DNA of 64,000 nucleotides from Deferribacterales bacterium (GTDB lineage Bacteria; Chrysiogenota; Deferribacteres; Deferribacterales; Geovibrionaceae): NCBI GenBank assembly GCA_050253075.1, contig JBFWJS010000002.1, positions 32,001 to 96,000 of the forward strand, read 5' to 3'. Shown piece by piece: positions 58,869 to 64,000 of this stretch (position 1 is its first letter; each line of letters starts with the position of its first letter). The notes under the pieces were generated by a model. It saw only the letters and a program-made list of their open reading frames with translations, ran no database searches and was not told where the DNA came from. The position numbers and the translations under genes were made by a program.

Positions 58869-59645
58869 TCAATCTCCCGAAGTTATTGACAACCTTTTAA
58901 AATCAGTGATCTCTCTATTGTCTCCGTACTCAAAAAACAGGGCATTAAACAACATTTTACCCCTCTTTTCAACCTCAAATTTCCTCGGCAGTCCTTTGAC
59001 AAACCTCTCGATAGGAGCTTCTTTCTCCATCCCTATCACAGAGTTAAGAGCGCCGCACATGCCCACATCAGTCTGAAAAAGAGTCCCTTTTGGGAGTACT
59101 CTCTCATCCGATGTCTGCACATGGGTATGAGTACCTACAACAGTCCCTGCTCTGCCGTCGGCATAAAATCCGAAAGCAGCCTTTTCGCTGGTCGCCTCTG
59201 CGTGGAAATCCACCATGACAAACCCCTCGTCGATATATGATCGTATCGCATCGAACTTCTTAAATGGACAGTCCGAGAGACCCATATATATTCTTCCGAT
59301 GAGGTTGATTACGGTAAACTTCTTTCCGCTTCTTTCGATAGTGATGTATCCGTTGCCGGGGACACCCTCGGGCAGATTTGCAGGGCGTATCAGACAGTCC
59401 ATCTTATGTATGGATGTCTCTGTCTCCCTGTTGTCCCAGATATGGTTGCCTGTGGTCATGATGTCTATGTCGAGCCTTCTCAGCTCTTCATACACGGCAT
59501 ATGTGATGCCGAAACCGCCGGATGCATTCTCCGCATTGGCGATGATGATGTCAGGCTTATATTCTTGGCGGACAAGGGGCAGAAAGGTTTTAACCGCCTT
59601 TCTGCCTGTCCTGCCTATAATATCTCCGATGTGGAGTATTCTCAC
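58869..59645 (-). CDS. ymdB: YmdB-family metallophosphoesterase (TIGR00282)
   Basis: [36 protein letters not shown]; follows rny. Confidence 0.93.
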   Translation of the reverse strand: MRILHIGDIIGRTGRKAVKTFLPLVRQEYKPDIIIANAENASGGFGITYAVYEELRRLDIDIMTTGNHIWDNRETETSIHKMDCLIRPANLPEGVPGNGYITIERSGKKFTVINLIGRIYMGLSDCPFKKFDAIRSYIDEGFVMVDFHAEATSEKAAFGFYADGRAGTVVGTHTHVQTSDERVLPKGTLFQTDVGMCGALNSVIGMEKEAPIERFVKGLPRKFEVEKRGKMLFNALFFEYGDNREITDFKRLSITSGD

Positions 59646-61201
59646 TTTGCGTATCCGACTGCTCTGGCCTCCCTGATGACAGTCACTTTGATCTGTCCGG
59701 GATATGTGAGCTCATCTTCTATCTGTTTAGAGATGTCTTTGGAGAGAGTAATAAGTCTCTCGTCGTTTACCTTCTCAGGCTCAACTATGATGCGTACTTC
59801 GCGTCCCGCCTGAATAGCGTAGGACTTCTGTACTCCGTCGAATCCGCCTGCGATGGTCTCAAGGTTTTCCAGACGCTTGATGTAGCTCTCGAGAACCTCA
59901 CGTCTAGCACCCGGGCGTGAAGCGGATATAGCATCCGCAGCCTGTACCAGAACAGCCTCGATACACTTGAACTCTTCCTCACCGTGGTGGGAAGCGATAG
60001 CGTTGAGTACTCTCCAGTCTTCCTTGTGCTTTTTGGCAACTTCCACACCGATCTCAGTGTGAGAGCCTTCTGCCTCATAGTCGATAGCTTTACCGATATC
60101 GTGAAGGAGACCGGCACGTTTCGCTATCTTTTCGTTAAGTCCGAGCTCAGCAGCCATCAGACCTGTGATCTTCGCAACTTCTATAGCGTGTCCGAGTACA
60201 TTCTGTCCGTAGGATGTTCTGTATTTCAGACGGCCGAGAAGGCGTGTGATCTCTTTGCTGACGCTGTGCAGTCCGAGGTTGAAGAGGGCTTCCTCACCAA
60301 CTTCGAGCACGTGTTTCTCAAGCTCTTCTTTAGCTTTGTTATATACTTCCTCGATCCTTGCAGGGTGGATACGTCCGTCAGACACCAGTCTTTCCAGTGT
60401 CATCTTGGCTATCTCTCTGCGGAATGGGTCGTAGGAAGAAAGGATAACCGCTTCCGGAGTGTCGTCGACAATGATATCTACCCCTGTCACACTCTCGAAA
60501 GTACGGATGTTTCGTCCTTCACGTCCGATGATACGTCCCTTCATCTCGTCACTAGGCAGTGCAACCACTGTCACGGTGATCTCAGAGATGTATTCAGGTG
60601 CGCATCGCTGGATGGCTGTGGAGATGATGCTTCTGGCTTTTTTATCTGCCTCTGCTTTTGTCTCTTCCTCCATCTCACGGAGCGTTCTTGCAGCTTCGAG
60701 CTTCGCATCGTCTACCATCTGCTCGATGAGCATCTGTTTAGCTTCTTCGCTTGTCATATTGGCGATCTTTTCAGTCTCCATTATGATGTTCTGCTTGAGC
60801 TCGTTCACACGCTCTCTTGTAGCGTCGATGTCTCTCAGACGTTTTTCGATGTCAGCCTCTTTTTCTGCAAAGCCTTCCTCTTTCTTTTCGATAGATTCCA
60901 GCTTGCGGTCGAGCGACTCTTCCTTCTGGATTATGCGCTTTTCCTGCGATTTGAGGTCATTTCTTTTTTCACGGACCTCTTTTTCAAGTTCTTGTTTTCC
61001 TTTGAATACGACGTCTTTAGACTCGATCTTAGCTTCTTTCAGGATCTCGTCAGACTCGCGTTTCGCCTTGCTGATAATGTCTTCAGCGGTTTTGTTCAAT
61101 TTCTGGTTTTCGGCGTCATTTCTTTTCTTCTGCATAAACATGCCGAAAAATGCGCCAATAACAGCTGCGGCCAGCACTAGTAGGTAATAAGTGACTCCCA
61201 T
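59642..61201 (-). CDS. rny: ribonuclease Y
   Basis: N-terminal TM and coiled coil, KH ([13 protein letters not shown]), HD (LLHDIGK), SRPGAR. Confidence 0.98.
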   Translation of the reverse strand: MGVTYYLLVLAAAVIGAFFGMFMQKKRNDAENQKLNKTAEDIISKAKRESDEILKEAKIESKDVVFKGKQELEKEVREKRNDLKSQEKRIIQKEESLDRKLESIEKKEEGFAEKEADIEKRLRDIDATRERVNELKQNIIMETEKIANMTSEEAKQMLIEQMVDDAKLEAARTLREMEEETKAEADKKARSIISTAIQRCAPEYISEITVTVVALPSDEMKGRIIGREGRNIRTFESVTGVDIIVDDTPEAVILSSYDPFRREIAKMTLERLVSDGRIHPARIEEVYNKAKEELEKHVLEVGEEALFNLGLHSVSKEITRLLGRLKYRTSYGQNVLGHAIEVAKITGLMAAELGLNEKIAKRAGLLHDIGKAIDYEAEGSHTEIGVEVAKKHKEDWRVLNAIASHHGEEEFKCIEAVLVQAADAISASRPGARREVLESYIKRLENLETIAGGFDGVQKSYAIQAGREVRIIVEPEKVNDERLITLSKDISKQIEDELTYPGQIKVTVIREARAVGYAK

Positions 61202-61758
61202 TAGCTGTTCCTCCTGTATATATATTTCTCGGTTACAAGTACGTCCATCGGCATGTCGTGGGGCTCACAGTCAAAAGTGTCAAAAAGCTGACACTCAAAA
61301 GCCAAACCGACGACAGCGCCGAAACGCACCGCCCCAAGGAGCCTGTCATAATATCCCTTACCGTAGCCTATCCTGTGCAGCTCCTTATCGAATGCCACAC
61401 CGGGGACAACGGCAATGTCTATATGTTTTAAATCAGCGCACTCCACAGGCTCCTGAATCCCGAATGCGCCGCATGAAAGACTGTCGCAACCTGTGTAAGA
61501 GCCGATTCTCAGCTCTTCCCCGCATACAACGGGAAGGTAAACAGCCTTGTTCATTCCGTATAAATGCTCTATCAGCCTGTGCGTCTGCACCTCGCTTCTA
61601 AAGCTGCTGTAAAGCAGAAAACTGTCAAAAGCACCAAACTCTGAAAGGAAGCTATCCGTTATCTTATCGGAAAACTCACTTATCTGAGATTTTGCAAGAG
61701 TGTCCCTCACCGCAAGGGCAGCCTTTCTCGCCTGCTTTTTGTCCATAGGCTTTATCAT
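61201..61758 (-). CDS. ygfA: 5-formyltetrahydrofolate cyclo-ligase
   Basis: FGIQEP, VPGVAFD....[16 protein letters not shown]; start 61758 or 61746. Confidence 0.94.
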   Translation of the reverse strand: MIKPMDKKQARKAALAVRDTLAKSQISEFSDKITDSFLSEFGAFDSFLLYSSFRSEVQTHRLIEHLYGMNKAVYLPVVCGEELRIGSYTGCDSLSCGAFGIQEPVECADLKHIDIAVVPGVAFDKELHRIGYGKGYYDRLLGAVRFGAVVGLAFECQLFDTFDCEPHDMPMDVLVTEKYIYRRNS

Positions 61759-62959
61759 TACCCCACAGATTTTTCAGCTTTTCAGCTATTCTCTTTTCAA
61801 ATCCGGCATCCGAAGGGTCGTAAAAGACCGTCTTCCTGATACCGCTGTATTCCTGCTTTACAAATCCGCCGTGGTCAAAGGGGTACTGATACCCTTTTCC
61901 TTCCGTACGCAGGTGATACGGAACGCTCGGCGTGTTCTCTTTCAGATACTCTTTCGCACAGTGCATGCTCATATAGCTCCTGTTGCTCTTCGGACAGGAG
62001 GCGAGGAATGTTATGACCTGAGCGAGGATGATGTCCCCCTCGGGTCTGCCCACAGCCTGAAAGGCCTCATAGGCACTGTTTGCGAAAACGAGAGCATCGG
62101 GGAAAGCATTCCCGATATCCTCAGAGGCGGATATAAGCAGCCTCCTGAATATCGCCTCGGGCTCCACACCGCATTCCAAAAGGCGGAAACCCCATATGAG
62201 AGCGGCGTCAGGGTCTGTCCCCCGCACACTCTTTATCATAGCAGAAAGCATGTCGTAATGCTCATCTGCACTGTATCTGCTGTCTGTGGTGCATTCCAGA
62301 GCCTTTGATATCCCCAGATGCAGCACGTCACCTTTAAATATACCATTAACTGCAGACAGTTCCAAAACAGATAAGAATCTGCGTGCATCACCGTCGGCAG
62401 ATTTGACAAGCTGTTCGAACTCTTCGTCCGCACAGACAACGCCGTCAGCCTTATAACGCTTCATGAAGTAGGCTTTTACTCTTTCGTAAAGCTCTTCAAA
62501 GTCAGACATTTCCAGACGTTCAAGCCTGAAAACGAAACTGCGCGAGCGCAGAGGCTGTATTAAATTGTGATAGGGGTTTTCTGTGGATGCTCCGATAAGC
62601 TTTGCCAGACCGGTATCTATCATATTCAGCAGAAGAACCTGCTGGGTTTTGTTAAACCTGTGGAGCTCGTCCACAAAAACCAGTGCAGTCTTGCCTGCGT
62701 GTCTGGCGGATTCCATTATCTGTTTCAGGTCGCTAGAGCCTGCTGTCGCTGCATGCAGGCTGAAGAAAGGCATATTAAGTATCTTTCCGATGATCTCGGC
62801 CATTGTGGTCTTCCCTGTTCCGGGGGGGCCCACAAGTATAACGGAGTCAAATCCTCCGTCCTCGACCATCTTTCTAAATACAGAATCAACGCCTTTCAGA
62901 TGCTTTTGTCCGACTATATCGTCAAAGGCACTCGGCCTAAGCTCTTCGAGTATCTTCAT
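61676..62959 (-). CDS. rarA: replication-associated recombination AAA+ ATPase
   Basis: RP...D.VGQ.HL, GPPGTGKTT, DELHRFNKTQQ, STENP, KSVRGTDPDAAL, SEDIGNA, PKSN. Confidence 0.94.
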   Translation of the reverse strand: MKILEELRPSAFDDIVGQKHLKGVDSVFRKMVEDGGFDSVILVGPPGTGKTTMAEIIGKILNMPFFSLHAATAGSSDLKQIMESARHAGKTALVFVDELHRFNKTQQVLLLNMIDTGLAKLIGASTENPYHNLIQPLRSRSFVFRLERLEMSDFEELYERVKAYFMKRYKADGVVCADEEFEQLVKSADGDARRFLSVLELSAVNGIFKGDVLHLGISKALECTTDSRYSADEHYDMLSAMIKSVRGTDPDAALIWGFRLLECGVEPEAIFRRLLISASEDIGNAFPDALVFANSAYEAFQAVGRPEGDIILAQVITFLASCPKSNRSYMSMHCAKEYLKENTPSVPYHLRTEGKGYQYPFDHGGFVKQEYSGIRKTVFYDPSDAGFEKRIAEKLKNLWGNDKAYGQKAGEKGCPCGEGHSCKISDK

Positions 62960-63006
62960 TTATAACCCCTTAAGGGTTGCCCGTATCACACGAGTTTTAT
63001 ATATAA

Positions 63007-63186
63007 AAACCCCCGCAGGCGCCGTCGATATAGTCCAATTGTAGCCCTATTAACAAGGGCGGAGGAATCACGGATACTTAAGGCTTCCTACTCAAGGCAG
63101 GCATGCACACCGCACCCAGTATCATCCCCCGTTTTTGGAGTGTTGGCTCCAATTTTCCTATACCTTAACGAACGCCGCAGGGGTTA
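63007..63186 (-). ncRNA. ssrS: 6S RNA
   Basis: complementary ends CCCCTGCGGCGTTCG...CGGCGCCTGCGGGGG, internal GAGCCAACA and GGTGTGCATGCC..GGAAGCC; conserved position after zapA, upstream of ygfA; ends approximate. Confidence 0.88.
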
Positions 63187-63189
63187 TCT

Positions 63190-63459
63190 TTATGCTGTCT
63201 TATCTATCATTTCTACGACTTTGCTCATGATGCTGCCTTTTTCGTCTCTCAGCTCCATGCATTCCGCTGCAAAGCTGAAGGCTGCCATCACGGCAAGTTT
63301 CTGTGTATCTGGAGCATTTGCCATACGCTCGATCTCGTTCATCTTTCCGTTGAGCATATCGACAACTCTGTTTACAAAGTCTATGTCTTTATCGGTCTTC
63401 ATAAAGTACTTCATGCCCCTTATGGTGACCTTATATTCATTGACAGGCACTAAAAGCAC
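63190..63459 (-). CDS. zapA: cell division protein ZapA
   Basis: V.I.G..Y, V....+M.EI, KLAVMAA...A; synteny with 6S/ygfA/rny; start uncertain. Confidence 0.85.
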   Translation of the reverse strand: MLLVPVNEYKVTIRGMKYFMKTDKDIDFVNRVVDMLNGKMNEIERMANAPDTQKLAVMAAFSFAAECMELRDEKGSIMSKVVEMIDKTA

Positions 63460-63468
63460 CCCGCTGCT

Positions 63469-63660
63469 TTAAAGTCTGCCGAGCAGGTCTTCGACCTTAA
63501 CCCGTACAGCCTCTTTTTGTTCGTGTATTCTCCTATTCTCATCCCGCAGTTCGGCATTTTCCTGCTGAAGCTGCAGATTCTTCTTCTGCTCCTCGTTTAA
63601 CCGGACGAGCAGCTCGTCTAACTTACTACTTAAAATATCCAGTTTCTCAAGAAGTTCCAT
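63469..63660 (-). CDS. zapB: ZapB-like coiled-coil protein
   Basis: 63 aa heptad coiled coil ending V..KVE.LL.RL, directly upstream of zapA. Confidence 0.7.
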   Translation of the reverse strand: MELLEKLDILSSKLDELLVRLNEEQKKNLQLQQENAELRDENRRIHEQKEAVRVKVEDLLGRL

Positions 63661-63786
63661 GACAAATTTATTACTATAATTTTAAACGTAAGTCAATCAC
63701 ATTGAAACTAAATTATATATGCTCAAATATTCATTTAAACACCTTTTTTACTGGAAAAACGGGGGTTTAGGTGCTATTATCCCTTT

Positions 63787-64000
63787 ATGAGAAATATTCT
63801 ATTTTTAATATTAATGATAGTTACAGTGGCTTTTGCCGTATCCTGCAATGTTCAGAACTCTGCTGAAAAGGATGGGAGTGCTAAAACCGTCAGCGAAAAA
63901 CAGGAAAAAGGCAGTGTCGAAACACCTAAGATATTCACTAAGATAATTGGAAATGACAACAGTGATATCATGAGCAGGCTCAACGAGATGCAAAGCCAGC
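63787..64000 (+). CDS. lipoprotein, 5' part (runs off window)
   Basis: hand translation MRNILFLILMIVTVAFAVSCNVQNSAEK...; lipobox AVSC; no stop before window end. Confidence 0.75.
   Translation, partial: MRNILFLILMIVTVAFAVSCNVQNSAEKDGSAKTVSEKQEKGSVETPKIFTKIIGNDNSDIMSRLNEMQSQ

Noticed and set aside
59984..61187. Long plus-strand ORFs (398 aa, 242 aa) antisense to rny, and similar shadows over proA/proB, livH, rnf, recN and tlyA
   Set aside because: They lie opposite well-conserved genes, are Ser/Phe/Leu-rich mirror translations, and show no recognisable motifs
63661..63700. Possible leaderless zapB transcript (TTGACT-N17-TAATAA, 7 nt before ATG)
   Set aside because: The -10 lacks the conserved final T; cannot be supported without TSS data

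Overview
A gene-dense, mostly housekeeping bacterial chromosome segment from a Gram-negative anaerobe or microaerophile. Gene content and order suggest Deferribacterota (Denitrovibrio/Seleniivibrio-like), but that is inference only. In order: pdxA(3')-rsmA-DEDDh exonuclease; accD-folC-lptD-hypothetical-DHH phosphoesterase; rubredoxin (missed by the ORF track)-flavodiiron protein-LysE; MATE pump; a paaK-ACT-livHMGF-paaK-HD cluster; a GT2/LAB_N/ArnT-like lipid A modification trio; sigma54-driven amtB; an AT-rich orphan secreted protein; tRNA-Gln-proBA-nadD-rsfS-HTH/Zn-ribbon-trmL-mqnA; Rrf2 regulator and class II RNR nrdJ; LPS glycosyltransferases; pyrFE-PilZ-STAS-rlmN-xseB-ispA-dxs-tlyA-nadK-recN-dedA-M23; rpiB-glyA-dCMP deaminase-rnfCDGEAB; zapB-zapA-6S RNA-rarA-ygfA-rny-ymdB-nadA. 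I found no CRISPR array, prophage, transposase or defence system, and no clear large novel system. The best leads are small: a promoter-uORF-terminator attenuator ahead of the MATE pump, an orphan AB5-B-subunit-like secreted protein, NrdR-like boxes ahead of an operon that runs into rnf, and dispersed CGTC-type palindromic repeats.
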